The notes: generated from the letters alone by a model not told the origin. A stretch of DNA of 64,000 nt from Fimbriiglobus sp. (GCA_025351325.1 JANXWE010000066.1:807-64806); one strand, 5' to 3'. Shown: positions 18,573-29,055, counted from the first letter of the stretch. Made by a program: numbers and translations.

Positions 18573-21122
18573 TTACCCAGATACGGGGATCTCAATCTTG
18601 CCGAAGAAGAGCATCTTGCGATCCCCGGTGCGGTACAGTTCCTCGAACAGGATCTGCAAGTCCGGCACCATGATTACCGGCTTTCTCACCACGGGCGCCG
18701 ACGGGATGTTCAACTTCAGAGGCACCGTCCAATCGATCATGTCGCGTTCCAGCCAGATCGTGATCTTCCGGATTCCTCGGACTTCATCGACCACGATTTC
18801 GTTGCCCTTGCGGATGTCGCCGCGGAACTGGGCCGAGACCGGCGGTTTGTCGGGGCGCTCGGGGTCTTTGAGCTTGTTACCCGCGTTGATGGCATCGGTG
18901 CCGATCCAGTAGAAGCGGTTGTCGGTTTCGCGGAACGTGTGCCACGGGTCGAAGGTGGCGGCATTGAGGCGGAGCGACGCCACGCCCCGCACTCGCGTTT
19001 TCCGATTCATCCACTCGAAGATCACCGGAACTTCGTTCTGATACCATTCGATGCCGCGCCCTTTGTAAAGTGCCATGATGGAAGGATAACCCCGTGGCAA
19101 CCAGTTCTCGTACAGCTTGCGGAGGCTGTCGTACGACGACCCGGCGGTCTCCCCCGTGACGCAGTACAGCGGCATCTTCTGCGAGTTCCGCCAGTAGTCT
19201 TGGTAAAACTGCTGCACGGGTGTCGGCCCCATGCTGACGACGCCCGCGAAGATGTCCGGCCGGCTCATGGCCAAGTCGAGCGAGAAATTCGCCCCTTGTC
19301 CGAAACCGAACGCGAAGACCTTGTCTTGGTCGATTTGGAACTTCCGCGACAAATCGCGGATGGTCGCGGTGACCAGCCAATGATCTTTCCCCGAGTAGTC
19401 GAATTTCTGATCGCCGAACTGAGAGCACCAGAGCGGCACGGCCAAGATGTAACCGTTGCGTGCGGCGTCGCCGGCGAGTGCGCCGCACATTTTCTCGGGG
19501 GATAAGCGCGGGTCGTTGAGACCGATCACCACCGGGTAGGAACGCCCCGGATTGTATTCCGGTGGCAACCGGAGGAGGTACGTCATCCCCTTGGTATCTT
19601 CGGGAATCGAACCGGTTTCGACGGTGTAGATCTCGTTCGCGCCGGCCAGCTTCGGGTCGATTTTCGCCCCGCGAATCTTGGCCAAATTTTCTTGGTCGAT
19701 GGGCGGTAAGTGCGTGATGACTTGCGCCAGCTCCTTCGGCTCCAACTTGTCGCTCGATTGCAAATATTTTCGGAGCAGCCCGTTGCGGTTGTTCAGAACT
19801 TCATCGCGCAGGTAGGCCATCGCCATCACCCGGGTGTTCCAATATTTCACCGCCGATTTCGGGTCGGGATCCGCGCCGCCTTTCCCTTTCAACCAGCCGG
19901 TGATCGCCAGAGCCAGCAGCTGATTCGCACCGCGGCTCGGATCCTGCCCGGCGATTCTCAGTTTATCCTCCTGTCCCGCCAGATCGGTGAACGTATCCAC
20001 ACGTGGCACCGTATCGGGGTGCAACTCGGCGAAGACGGCTTCGCCCCCGTTCAACAGCGTGGCCATTTCGATGCCGACCGCTTTCGCGGGTATTTGCGGG
20101 ATCACCGCACCACCGCCCAAGGCACCGTTGACGGCGAGCCGCGCGGCACCGTTTTCGCGGTCGAGCAGTTCCCGCAACAGCCGTTTGGTCAGCTCATAGC
20201 GCGGCTGGACGATCTCGATTTTCGCTTTCAATTCCGTCAATCGGGCCAAATCTTTCGCGTCGGCGTTCTTCGGTTTGTAATCGGTCAAGAACCGGCTCGC
20301 CGCCTTGTACTGCGACGAATTCACCATCGCTTCGAGTTCCCCGATCACCCAACGTGTCTCGGCCACATCGAGTTCGCTGATCAGTTTGTCGTACTTCTCG
20401 GTCGCGTCCGTCGTCCAAACCCACGGGGCGTCTTTTTTGAGTTTGTCTAAGTCGGCTCGGGCCGCCGCGATCCAGCCGACTTCTTTGAGAAAACTGGCGA
20501 TGGCGATGCGGCGGACGGGGTCGATGAACCCGAACACCGAATCGCGGGTCTCGGGGTGCGTGCTCAGCAACTTCCGGATCGTCTCCGTTCCGAAATCTTT
20601 GGTGTCGTAGGCTTGCCGCCATTCGTGCGTGATCGAAACCACGTAGAGCGTGTACGGATCCATGTAGGTGATGATCTGGTCGATTTTCTCGGCCGCGCCG
20701 CCGCGCGGGCCGATTTCCAAGGTCCGTCTCCAAGCCGAGTTGAATTCGCCGACCCGCATCTCCCCGAAGGCGGGCAATTTCTGTCGGCGGAAGCCGGGGG
20801 CGGTTTTCCGGAAGATCGTCAACTTGTCCTTGGCGAGATCCTTCTCGACTTCGGCGCCCTTGCGCGAGTGCGAGCTGTAAAAGTAAAACTTCGGGCCGCA
20901 GTCCAGAACGTCGAACGCGGCGAAGCGGGTGAACGTCGTGGCGTCGCCGTGGAAATCACGAACCGTTTCCCCTTCTTTGAATGCCCGACCGCGGAGGGTG
21001 AACCCATCCCGCATGATCACGGCTTCGTCGGCGTGGGCCACGCCGGCAGTCAGTGCCAGAAAAACCAGGGGAGCTATCCGGTTGCGAATCATCGACGCGA
21101 CCTCCGGTCGGGTGCCTGTCAA
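18573..21122 (-). CDS. large secreted protein with C-terminal esterase/alpha-beta-hydrolase-like domain that appears catalytically degenerate
   Basis: Signal peptide (MIRNRIAPLVFLALTAGVAHA if the start is 21092). The C-terminal region YLLRLPPEYNPGRSYPVVIGLND...KVFAFGFGQGANFSLDLAMSRPDIFAGVV resembles PHB-depolymerase/carboxylesterase-type folds. The nucleophile elbow reads GFGQG. Confidence 0.45.
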   Translation of the reverse strand: MTGTRPEVASMIRNRIAPLVFLALTAGVAHADEAVIMRDGFTLRGRAFKEGETVRDFHGDATTFTRFAAFDVLDCGPKFYFYSSHSRKGAEVEKDLAKDKLTIFRKTAPGFRRQKLPAFGEMRVGEFNSAWRRTLEIGPRGGAAEKIDQIITYMDPYTLYVVSITHEWRQAYDTKDFGTETIRKLLSTHPETRDSVFGFIDPVRRIAIASFLKEVGWIAAARADLDKLKKDAPWVWTTDATEKYDKLISELDVAETRWVIGELEAMVNSSQYKAASRFLTDYKPKNADAKDLARLTELKAKIEIVQPRYELTKRLLRELLDRENGAARLAVNGALGGGAVIPQIPAKAVGIEMATLLNGGEAVFAELHPDTVPRVDTFTDLAGQEDKLRIAGQDPSRGANQLLALAITGWLKGKGGADPDPKSAVKYWNTRVMAMAYLRDEVLNNRNGLLRKYLQSSDKLEPKELAQVITHLPPIDQENLAKIRGAKIDPKLAGANEIYTVETGSIPEDTKGMTYLLRLPPEYNPGRSYPVVIGLNDPRLSPEKMCGALAGDAARNGYILAVPLWCSQFGDQKFDYSGKDHWLVTATIRDLSRKFQIDQDKVFAFGFGQGANFSLDLAMSRPDIFAGVVSMGPTPVQQFYQDYWRNSQKMPLYCVTGETAGSSYDSLRKLYENWLPRGYPSIMALYKGRGIEWYQNEVPVIFEWMNRKTRVRGVASLRLNAATFDPWHTFRETDNRFYWIGTDAINAGNKLKDPERPDKPPVSAQFRGDIRKGNEIVVDEVRGIRKITIWLERDMIDWTVPLKLNIPSAPVVRKPVIMVPDLQILFEELYRTGDRKMLFFGKIEIPVSG

Positions 21123-21256
21123 AGCGATTGGTCTAGCACTATTGTTTCCGAATTCGAATCGCGGTCAAGCGTTCTGTTGCATCGCGGGGCAACCGGTGGA
21201 ACAATACAACTGACGAATCGAGTATTATCCCACTCAACGGTTCGTCCGGAAAAGCG

Positions 21257-21751
21257 TTGGAGAACCCCGTGCCCGTAAGATTCCGCTGCGACACCTGCAA
21301 CGGCAAACTCAGCATTGCCACCCGCAAAATCGGCCAATCGGTCGCCTGCCCCCGCTGCCAAGAGAGCATGACGGTGCCGAGCGCCTCGCAAATCGGCGAG
21401 GAACTCACCGAACTGCTCTTGACCGTCGGGCGTTCCCAGCGTGAAACCAACGGAGTGGGATCGGAACAGTCCCTCTCGAAAACAGCACTCCGACCCGGCA
21501 AATCGCTGGATGAGATGCCCCTCTTCGAACGATCCGATTACGAAAAACTGCTCGATCCCCACGCCAAGTTGCCGAAGCCGTTGCCGCTGCCGAGCGAAGT
21601 CCCCCTCGTCGCAATCCCAACGACACCGCCTCTGGCCATCACCGATGCCTTTATTGTTGGCCGCACCAAGGCGACCGTGTTGGCGGTCGTCATGGTGCTC
21701 TCGCTCGGGCTGGCATTCGGATTGGGTTACTTCGTTCGCGGCTGGTTTTAA
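21257..21751 (+). CDS. zinc-ribbon protein with C-terminal TM anchor, hypothetical
   Basis: VRFRCDTCNGKLSI...VACPRCQESMTVP, followed by a C-terminal helix ATVLAVVMVLSLGLAFGLGYFV. The stop overlaps the convergent pyc stop. Confidence 0.6.
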   Translation: MENPVPVRFRCDTCNGKLSIATRKIGQSVACPRCQESMTVPSASQIGEELTELLLTVGRSQRETNGVGSEQSLSKTALRPGKSLDEMPLFERSDYEKLLDPHAKLPKPLPLPSEVPLVAIPTTPPLAITDAFIVGRTKATVLAVVMVLSLGLAFGLGYFVRGWF

Positions 21752-24700
21752 CCGAAGCGAATCAACAAGTCGCCGCCATCGACTTGCGTCCCCGGTTTCA
21801 CCAGGACTTCGGCGACTTTGCCACCGAATTCCGCGTGAATCGTCGATTGCATTTTCATCGCTTCCAGCATGGCGAGCTTCTGGCCCGGCGCCACGTCTTC
21901 CCCGGTTTTGACCATGATGGCGACAATCGCGCCGGGCATCGGCGCGGCCACATGCTTGGAATTTCCCGGTTCGGCTTTCGGCCGTGCCGCCGCCACCGCC
22001 CCCAACGTCCGATCCACCACCAGGACTTCCCGCGGCTGACCGTTCAACTCGAAGAAGACGCTCCGTTTGCCTTCGGCTTGGGGGTCGCCCACGGTGAAGA
22101 ACTTGATGATCAGCGTCTTGCCCGGTTCGATTTCGACACTGACCTCATCGCCTTTTTGCAAGCCGTAGAAGAAGAGTGGCGTCGGCAACACGCTCAAGTC
22201 GGAGAACGTGGCCACGTGCTCGGCGTACTTCGTGTAGACCTCCGGATAGAGCAAGTAGGCCACCACGTCCCGATCCGTGGGCACCCGGCCGAGCTTCGGC
22301 TGCAACGTGGCCCGAGCCGCTTCAAAATCAGCCGGCGGCAGCGTGGCACCGGGGCGATCCGTCAGCGGGATCCTGCCGCGCAGAATCCGTTTCTGCAGGT
22401 CGGCGGGGAATCCGCCGGGGGGCTGGCCGAGCTTCCCTTCGAAGAATTCGATCACCGATTCCGGGAACGCCAGTTCCCGCGCCGGGTTCTTCACGTCATC
22501 CGGTGTCAAATTGTTTGCGAGCATGAACAAGGTGAGATCGCCCACGACTTTCGAGGTCGGTGTGACCTTCACAATGTCGCCGAAGAGTTGGTTCACCTCG
22601 GCGTACTTTCGGCCCACTTCGTGCCAGCGATCACCCAACCCAAGTGACTTTGCTTGCACGAAGAGGTTGGCATACTGGCCACCCGGCATCTCGTGTTGAT
22701 AGACCTCGGCCGAGCTGGAAAGTTGGCCCGTTTCGAACGGCGAATAGTAGCCACGCACTTCTTCCCAGTAGCGGGCCGTATCTTGGAGCGCGTCAAAATC
22801 GAGGCCGGTATCGCGGTCGGTGAAGCGGGTCGCTTCCACGAGCGCATTCAAACTCGGTTGAGCGGTGATCCCCGCCAACGGTGCGAATGCGCAATCGACG
22901 ATGTCGACATCTTCCTCGGCCGCCATCAGGTACGACGCCAATTGCCCGCCGGCGGTGTCGTGCGTGTGGAAGTGAATCGGGATGTCGATTTCCTGCCGGA
23001 GTGCCCGCACCAATTTCTTCGCCGCATACGGCTTGAGCAACCCGGCCATGTCCTTGATGGCCAACAGGTGGGTGCCGTTCTTCACCAGCTCTTTGGCCAA
23101 ATTCACGAAGTACGACAGGGTGAATTTGTCGCGGCGCGGGTTGAGAATATCGCCGCTGTAGCAGATGGCCGCTTCGCAAATGGCGTCGGTCTTGCGCACC
23201 GCGTCGATGGCCAGCTTCAGGTTCGGCATCCAGTTGTTCGCATCGAAAATACGGAACACGTCCATGCCCGCGTCGGCCGCTTCCTTCACGAACGCGTTCA
23301 CCACGTTGTCCGGATAGTTCGTGTAGCCCACCGCACTCGCCGACCGCAGCAGCATCTGGAACAAGATGTTGGGGATGCGTTCCCGGAGCTTCGACAAGCG
23401 ATCCCACGGGTCTTCTTTGAGGAAGCGCATCGACGTGTCGAACGTCGCCCCGCCCCAGTTTTCGAGCGAAAATAGTCCGGTGTGCATCCGGGCGTAGCGC
23501 GGGGCAATCCCCAGCATGTCGTAGGTGCGCATCCGCGTGGCGAGCAGCGATTGGTGGGCGTCCCGCATCGTCGTGTCGGTGACGAGCAGCCGCTTTTGGG
23601 CACGCACCCACTTGGCGAATCCTTCGGCGCCGAGCTTGCGAAAAATGTCGCGCGTCCCTTCCGGGAGCGGACTCAGATCGCGCGTCTTCGATTCCCACGG
23701 GCGATCCGCCGGCAACGCGGGTTGAGGCGGTCGCACGGGTGCCGTCTTCACATCCGGGTGACCGTTCACGATCACGTCGGCGAGGTACGTCAACACTTTC
23801 GTGGCGCGATCTTGTCGCACCGGCATGATGAACAGTTCGGGCGCTTCATCGAGAAACCGCGTCGTCACACTGCCGTCGAGAAAATCGGGGTGCGTCACCA
23901 AATTGATCAGGAACGGAATGTTCGTTTTCACCCCGCGGACGCGGAACTCTTGCAGGCAGCGTTCCATCCGCCGGGCCGCATCGACAAAGCGCAGCCCGCT
24001 CGCCGTGACCTTCACAAGCAGCGAATCGTAGAACGGCGTGATGACCGCCCCGCCGAACGCTGTACCGGCATCGAGTCGGATGCCGACGCCACTGGCCGAG
24101 CGGTAAGCAGTCAAGCGACCATAATCGGGCATGAATCCGTTGGCGGGGTCTTCGGTGGTCACGCGGGCTTGAATCGCAAAGCCCTGGGTCAAAATCTTCG
24201 CTTGGTCCCCAAGGCCGATTTCCGAATCGGACAGCGGCACCCCCTGCGCGATGAACAATTGGGCCCGGACAATGTCGCGCCCCGTGATGACTTCCGTCAC
24301 CGTGTGCTCGACCTGGATCCGCGGGTTCACTTCGATGAAGAAGAACTTCTTCGAATCGGTGTCGTACAGGAACTCTACCGTGCTCGCATTGTCGATGCCC
24401 ACGGCCCGACCGACCGCGAGTGCGGCGGCCAAAATCCCCTGGCGGACGTCGTCCGGCAGATTCGGAGCCGGGGCGATCTCGACCACTTTCTGATGGCGGC
24501 GCTGGATCGAGCAATCGCGCTCGTACAGGTGCACCAGATTCCCGTGCCGGTCGCCGAGTAATTGCACCTCGATGTGCTTGGCCCGCCGCACGAATTTTTC
24601 GAGGAACACATCGGAGTTGCCGAAGGCTTGGCCCGCTTCACGCTGCGCCTGTTCCAATGCGTCGGCGAGTTTGTCGGCCGAATGCACGACCCGCATCCCC

Positions 24701-25209
24701 CGGCCGCCGCCGCCCATCGACGCCTTCACCATCACCGGGTAGCCGAGCTGCTCGGCCAGTGCTACTGCTTCTGCAAGGGACGAGATCGGCTTCTCACCGC
24801 CGGACAAAATCGGCACGTTGGCGATTTTCGCAATCGCCCGCGCCGCGACTTTGTCCCCGAGTTGCCTGAGGATTTCCGGCCGGGGACCGACGAACGTGAT
24901 GCCCGCATCTTCGCAGGCTTGGGCGAAAGTCGCGTTTTCGCTTAGGAAACCATAACCGGGGTGGATGCCGTCGACACCGACTTCCTTGGCCAGACTCACA
25001 ATTGCTTCAATGTCCAAGTAGGCTCGGATCGGTTCGCCGGGGTTACCCACGCGGTACGCTTCGTCCGCTTTGAACCGGTGGAGTGCGAATCGATCTTCGT
25101 GCGAGTACATGGCCACGGTGCGAATGCCCAGCTCGTGGGCCGAGCGAAAGATCCGGATGGCAATTTCGCTGCGGTTGGCGACCATCAATTTGGTAATCGG
25201 TTTCGACAT
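21748..25209 (-). CDS. pyc: pyruvate carboxylase (single-chain)
   Basis: Biotin carboxylase N-terminus (KLMVANRSEIAIRIFRSAHELGI), carboxyltransferase core (LLVTDTTMRDAHQSLLATR) and C-terminal biotinyl motif LEAMKMQS. About 1150 aa. Confidence 0.95.
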   Translation of the reverse strand: MSKPITKLMVANRSEIAIRIFRSAHELGIRTVAMYSHEDRFALHRFKADEAYRVGNPGEPIRAYLDIEAIVSLAKEVGVDGIHPGYGFLSENATFAQACEDAGITFVGPRPEILRQLGDKVAARAIAKIANVPILSGGEKPISSLAEAVALAEQLGYPVMVKASMGGGGRGMRVVHSADKLADALEQAQREAGQAFGNSDVFLEKFVRRAKHIEVQLLGDRHGNLVHLYERDCSIQRRHQKVVEIAPAPNLPDDVRQGILAAALAVGRAVGIDNASTVEFLYDTDSKKFFFIEVNPRIQVEHTVTEVITGRDIVRAQLFIAQGVPLSDSEIGLGDQAKILTQGFAIQARVTTEDPANGFMPDYGRLTAYRSASGVGIRLDAGTAFGGAVITPFYDSLLVKVTASGLRFVDAARRMERCLQEFRVRGVKTNIPFLINLVTHPDFLDGSVTTRFLDEAPELFIMPVRQDRATKVLTYLADVIVNGHPDVKTAPVRPPQPALPADRPWESKTRDLSPLPEGTRDIFRKLGAEGFAKWVRAQKRLLVTDTTMRDAHQSLLATRMRTYDMLGIAPRYARMHTGLFSLENWGGATFDTSMRFLKEDPWDRLSKLRERIPNILFQMLLRSASAVGYTNYPDNVVNAFVKEAADAGMDVFRIFDANNWMPNLKLAIDAVRKTDAICEAAICYSGDILNPRRDKFTLSYFVNLAKELVKNGTHLLAIKDMAGLLKPYAAKKLVRALRQEIDIPIHFHTHDTAGGQLASYLMAAEEDVDIVDCAFAPLAGITAQPSLNALVEATRFTDRDTGLDFDALQDTARYWEEVRGYYSPFETGQLSSSAEVYQHEMPGGQYANLFVQAKSLGLGDRWHEVGRKYAEVNQLFGDIVKVTPTSKVVGDLTLFMLANNLTPDDVKNPARELAFPESVIEFFEGKLGQPPGGFPADLQKRILRGRIPLTDRPGATLPPADFEAARATLQPKLGRVPTDRDVVAYLLYPEVYTKYAEHVATFSDLSVLPTPLFFYGLQKGDEVSVEIEPGKTLIIKFFTVGDPQAEGKRSVFFELNGQPREVLVVDRTLGAVAAARPKAEPGNSKHVAAPMPGAIVAIMVKTGEDVAPGQKLAMLEAMKMQSTIHAEFGGKVAEVLVKPGTQVDGGDLLIRFG

Positions 25210-25268
25210 GACAAACAATCCTCGACGGCGACATCACAAACCGTTTGATACGGAATTGAGCCGACCCT

Positions 25269-25304
25269 GAAAAGCAACAACCCCGGCCGAGCCGGGGTTG
25301 TTGC
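25269..25304 (-). terminator. Rho-independent terminator downstream of the DUF1573 gene
   Basis: 14-bp GC-rich stem (GCAACAACCCCGGC / GCCGGGGTTGTTGC) with a 3-nt loop. On the minus strand it is followed by UUUU (plus-strand AAAA at 25270..25273). Confidence 0.7.
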
Positions 25305-25325
25305 TTCGTATGTTCCGGACGACCG

Positions 25326-26333
25326 TCACTTCTTGACGATGGCGGAAACATTCACGATCAGTTTCGGTTGTGTCTTGCTATCCGTCACGATCTCGATGGT
25401 GCGTTTCACTTCGCCTTCCGTATCGGCAGCCATGTTCACTTTGAGAACGTGCGCGGCGCGGGTGCCGTCGGTCACTTGTGTGACAGTCACGGCCCCTTCG
25501 GGCACTTTGACTTCGAGGATCTTGAACGGGGTTTCGCCGGTCAGCATCAGTTGCTGAGTCGAAGGTTTCGCACTCGAGGGCACATTGCCGAAGGTCACTT
25601 CCGCCGGACTGACCGCGATCGATTCTTGAACGTTGACGGTCACCGGGATGCGAATCTTCTCGATACCGACCGCGTTGGTGGTGAGGTACACTTCCGTCAT
25701 CCAGTTGCCTTTCGGACAATCCGGATCAAGCGTGGCGGCGATCTCGAATGAAACTTCGCCATTAGCCCGTACAGCCGATTTCGCTTCGACTTTCACGAAC
25801 TTGCCATTGCTCTTGACTTCTTTGATGTCCCAATTCGGCTGGTTGAACAGCGTGACTCTCATGGAGACCTTACCACCGACCGATTTTTGGACGTCACCGA
25901 AGGTCAGCGAATCGGGTGCGAAAAAGAGGTCTTCGCGAGCCACGCACGAAACCTTCAGTACCACTTCTTCCTGAACCGGATTCAGGAATGGCACCGTCAC
26001 GGTCACACTCTTGAAAGTGTTTCGCTGATGCGTCGGGATCTTCTTGGTGTCCATGTAAGCGACAATGTGTGTCGATTCACCAGCAGTGAGTTGACTCTTC
26101 GCCAACTTTGCCGCAACGCAACCACAACCGATGCGTGGGGTACCAAGATTGATCGTCTCGTTGGTCGTGTTTTTGATCGTGAAATAGTGGGCCAGCACCG
26201 GGCCAATCGACGTGGTCGAAAAGTCTTTGCTGGTTTCCGAGAAATAGTCCGGTGCTCCGGCTTGTGCCGAAGTCGTCAGGGTGGACACCAAACAAATTGT
26301 GCAGAACAAACGCCACATAGCAAATACTCCCAA
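25326..26333 (-). CDS. DUF1573 domain-containing secreted protein
   Basis: Signal peptide MWRLFCTICLVSTLTTSAQA (alternative start 26318). The GTPRIGCGCVAAK motif and repeated Ig-like beta segments are typical of DUF1573. Confidence 0.7.
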   Translation of the reverse strand: MGVFAMWRLFCTICLVSTLTTSAQAGAPDYFSETSKDFSTTSIGPVLAHYFTIKNTTNETINLGTPRIGCGCVAAKLAKSQLTAGESTHIVAYMDTKKIPTHQRNTFKSVTVTVPFLNPVQEEVVLKVSCVAREDLFFAPDSLTFGDVQKSVGGKVSMRVTLFNQPNWDIKEVKSNGKFVKVEAKSAVRANGEVSFEIAATLDPDCPKGNWMTEVYLTTNAVGIEKIRIPVTVNVQESIAVSPAEVTFGNVPSSAKPSTQQLMLTGETPFKILEVKVPEGAVTVTQVTDGTRAAHVLKVNMAADTEGEVKRTIEIVTDSKTQPKLIVNVSAIVKK

Positions 26334-26779
26334 AGTGCGGCAAGGGCGGCATCTCCCCCCGAAAAGCCAACAAATGCCGATGCAATTAATGTACCAGGGT
26401 TGCTGGCCAAACTACATGAGGAAAAAACTGGAGAAGGCAATCTCAGGGGTCATCCGCGCCCGGCCTGTACCAACTAAGCCGAACTCTGCGAACAACCGGC
26501 AGGCTTCACCAAACGCGGCACATTACCCTAAGTACTATCGGGTAGCGCACACTCTCACATCGACTTGCGCCGCTCCGGATGCTGAAAGTGACCTGTTCCA
26601 CGCTTCCGAAGTCGCGCCAGCCCGCACAATCCGATTCGTTGATTCTTTATGGGTGTCATCACTGGCTTTCTGTAGTAAGATGGGTTCAAATGATCATACT
26701 GTACAAATATAAGTCCAACTCTGGGGCCTGTCAAATGAAAATGTGGAAATTGTTTGATCTGACCTAAAGTCACCCAGAT

Positions 26780-27511
26780 TCAGCGGTGGGCCAACACGGC
26801 AACATCGACCTGCGCCGCCCCGGCGGCGAGCAATGCCAATGTCACCGCTTCCGAGGTAGCCCCCGTCGTGAGAACGTCGTCGATCAAGAGAATCCGCAGA
26901 TCTTTCACGGTCGCAAACGCACCGCTCCGAAATGCTCCAACGACGTTTTTTCGCCTCTCCATCGGCGTTTGTGATGTCTGACTCGGTGTCGCACGAACTC
27001 GTCGCACCGCCCAAGAACTGAGTGGTAATTTCAAAGCCACGCTCAAGCCACGTGCTACCGATTCCGACTGATTGAAGCCCCGTTCCCAACGCCGTCGCAA
27101 ATGCAATGGTACCGGTACGATGATCTGAGGAACCGATTGCAACAATCGGGATCGAGACTGCTCGCCCCAGAGAAATCCCATTGTTTCGGCGAGAATTTCC
27201 TGACCCGGATTCTTGCACTTCAAAATCGCGTCCCGCAGCACGCCGTCGTAAACGCCGAGCCGTTGGGCACTTTTGAAGTGGTACTTTTCATTTGCGCAAC
27301 GAGCGCAACCCACGGTGGTCGGAACGTGTGGGCCGATGCTGCTGGCACACCGCAAACAGGTTGAAAATGAGTCCGAGATCAAGGCCGATTGGCACGAAGG
27401 GCACAAACAAAGCGGCGACGGTTCCGCTGGCATTCCCACGTCGCACAACAAACAATTCCGTGGCCACACCAGTTCGCCAACAGCGTGCAAGGCCGACCGG
27501 AGATTGCGCAT
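26780..27511 (-). CDS. ComF family protein (phosphoribosyltransferase domain with N-terminal zinc fingers)
   Basis: CLLCD...CPSCQ...CLRC...CARC cysteine pairs and the PRTase motif ILLIDDVLTTGATSEA. The ATG at 27511 lies 2 nt after the upstream kinase stop. Confidence 0.8.
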   Translation of the reverse strand: MRNLRSALHAVGELVWPRNCLLCDVGMPAEPSPLCLCPSCQSALISDSFSTCLRCASSIGPHVPTTVGCARCANEKYHFKSAQRLGVYDGVLRDAILKCKNPGQEILAETMGFLWGEQSRSRLLQSVPQIIVPVPLHLRRRWERGFNQSESVARGLSVALKLPLSSWAVRRVRATPSQTSQTPMERRKNVVGAFRSGAFATVKDLRILLIDDVLTTGATSEAVTLALLAAGAAQVDVAVLAHR

Positions 27512-27513
27512 GA

Positions 27514-29043
27514 CTATGCCACTTGACGGGCGGGCACGACTTGATGGTGAATCACCGCCCGCGGCAACATGAGTGTGAACCGGGTGGACGGGCCATCCCG
27601 GCCTGCCCAACGGACTTCCCCATTGTTATTTTTTGCCAACGCCCACGCGATCGACAGTCCCAAACCCCGGCCACGGCCTGCCGAGCGACCGGAGAAAAAC
27701 GGATCGAAGAGATGATCTTGAACATGTTCGTCCGGGCCGGTTCCGCTGTCATCCACGTGGATGGTCACACGGTCGAGATCGGTCGTCGCCGACAGTTTCA
27801 CCCAGCCACCTTTACCGGCCGCTTCGAGCGCATTGCGTACCAAGTGACCCAGTGCGGTTTGGACTTGCGCCGCATCGACCTGGATCGACGAATCCGCATC
27901 GGTCAGCACGAACAATTGGATGTCTTGCGCTTCCGCATCGGCTTGGAAATCATGCTGAACCCGTGCCAGTAATGTTTCCACCGAATGCGGGCTGGTCTTC
28001 GCTTGGCTGGGGCAAGAAAACTGCCGGGTACCCGTGAGCAAATCGTGAATCCGCTGGGTCTGCCGGACAATGGTTTGGAGGTGTTGGGCTTTGTCGGGGT
28101 CGGCTTCGCGGCCACGCAACCACTGGGCGTTTCCTGAAATCACCGCCAGCGGATTGTTGAACTCATGGCTTGCCCCGGCGGCGAATTCCGCGAGTGCGTC
28201 CAATTTCGCATCGCGTAGGCGATTGTCGAAATCGAGGCGGGCTTCGGCCAATTGTTCCACCAACGCGTCGATGCGATCTTCGAGCGGCGCCATCCACGCT
28301 TGTGCCGTCCGACCACGGGCTTGCGCCGTCGCTTTCAACAGGCGTGGCAACAACATTGGCTCAACGTCATACCGCACTTCGCGGTATTCAGGCGTGTCGT
28401 TGGCGGTACTGGTCGCCAGGGAATCGAGTTCCGCATCCGATTCGCGGTTCACTTTCGGGAAGTATGTCGATTCCGAAGCACGAATGGCAGCCCGTAGCAC
28501 GCGGTTGATTCCGAGATGGCCACCGAGCGTTTGAGTTTCGTCGATGGGCAAATCGAGGTAGCCGACAGCAATTTGGAACCAGAGCGGCATCCGCCAGCGT
28601 GCCAAATGCTTGCGACCGATGGACACCGCATGATCGGGTGCACCCAGATACCACCCGAGCGGGGCCAAGAGTCCGGCGCACCAGGCGGCATCGGGGGAAC
28701 AGAGTTTCGTTTCGCGTGCTAGTTTCGCAGCAATCTGGGCCAGTTGTTGGCCAATTCGAGCCGAATCACCACTCGGGTGTCCGGTCGCGTTTGGGTATTC
28801 CAAAAGCTTCGCCGCCGTTTCGCAAAGCCCGGGCTGGCACAGTGTGGCTTCGTTCAAAACAAAAGTCGTCGGGCCGGGCGTGGGGCGCGAGTAGCGCAAA
28901 ACGTGGAGGATCAGACCGGGGTCCAAGCGAAGTACCGAAGAATCGGGGGCGTCGTCCGTCAGTACCAACAGCGATGCGGAAGCCGGGCGGAGCCACGGTA
29001 CCGTGATCGCAGATGGAGCCGCCGACGCCGTACTCACCTTCAC
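27514..29043 (-). CDS. sensor histidine kinase (cytoplasmic, N-terminal HDOD-like region)
   Basis: H-box FAAGASHEFNNPLAVISGNAQWL. HATPase motifs are LVRNALEA, DDSGTGP and GRGLGLSIA. No obvious TM segment. Confidence 0.85.
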   Translation of the reverse strand: MKVSTASAAPSAITVPWLRPASASLLVLTDDAPDSSVLRLDPGLILHVLRYSRPTPGPTTFVLNEATLCQPGLCETAAKLLEYPNATGHPSGDSARIGQQLAQIAAKLARETKLCSPDAAWCAGLLAPLGWYLGAPDHAVSIGRKHLARWRMPLWFQIAVGYLDLPIDETQTLGGHLGINRVLRAAIRASESTYFPKVNRESDAELDSLATSTANDTPEYREVRYDVEPMLLPRLLKATAQARGRTAQAWMAPLEDRIDALVEQLAEARLDFDNRLRDAKLDALAEFAAGASHEFNNPLAVISGNAQWLRGREADPDKAQHLQTIVRQTQRIHDLLTGTRQFSCPSQAKTSPHSVETLLARVQHDFQADAEAQDIQLFVLTDADSSIQVDAAQVQTALGHLVRNALEAAGKGGWVKLSATTDLDRVTIHVDDSGTGPDEHVQDHLFDPFFSGRSAGRGRGLGLSIAWALAKNNNGEVRWAGRDGPSTRFTLMLPRAVIHHQVVPARQVA

Positions 29044-29055
29044 CCCTTAAACGAT

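Noticed and set aside
26334-26779. 446-nt gap between the DUF1573 gene start and the comF stop, considered as an ncRNA or small-gene locus (ORFs 26555..26773 and 26579..26767).
   Set aside because: The short ORFs have no SD and no protein-like sequence. The region looks like an AT-rich promoter/5' UTR, and I saw no strong structure.
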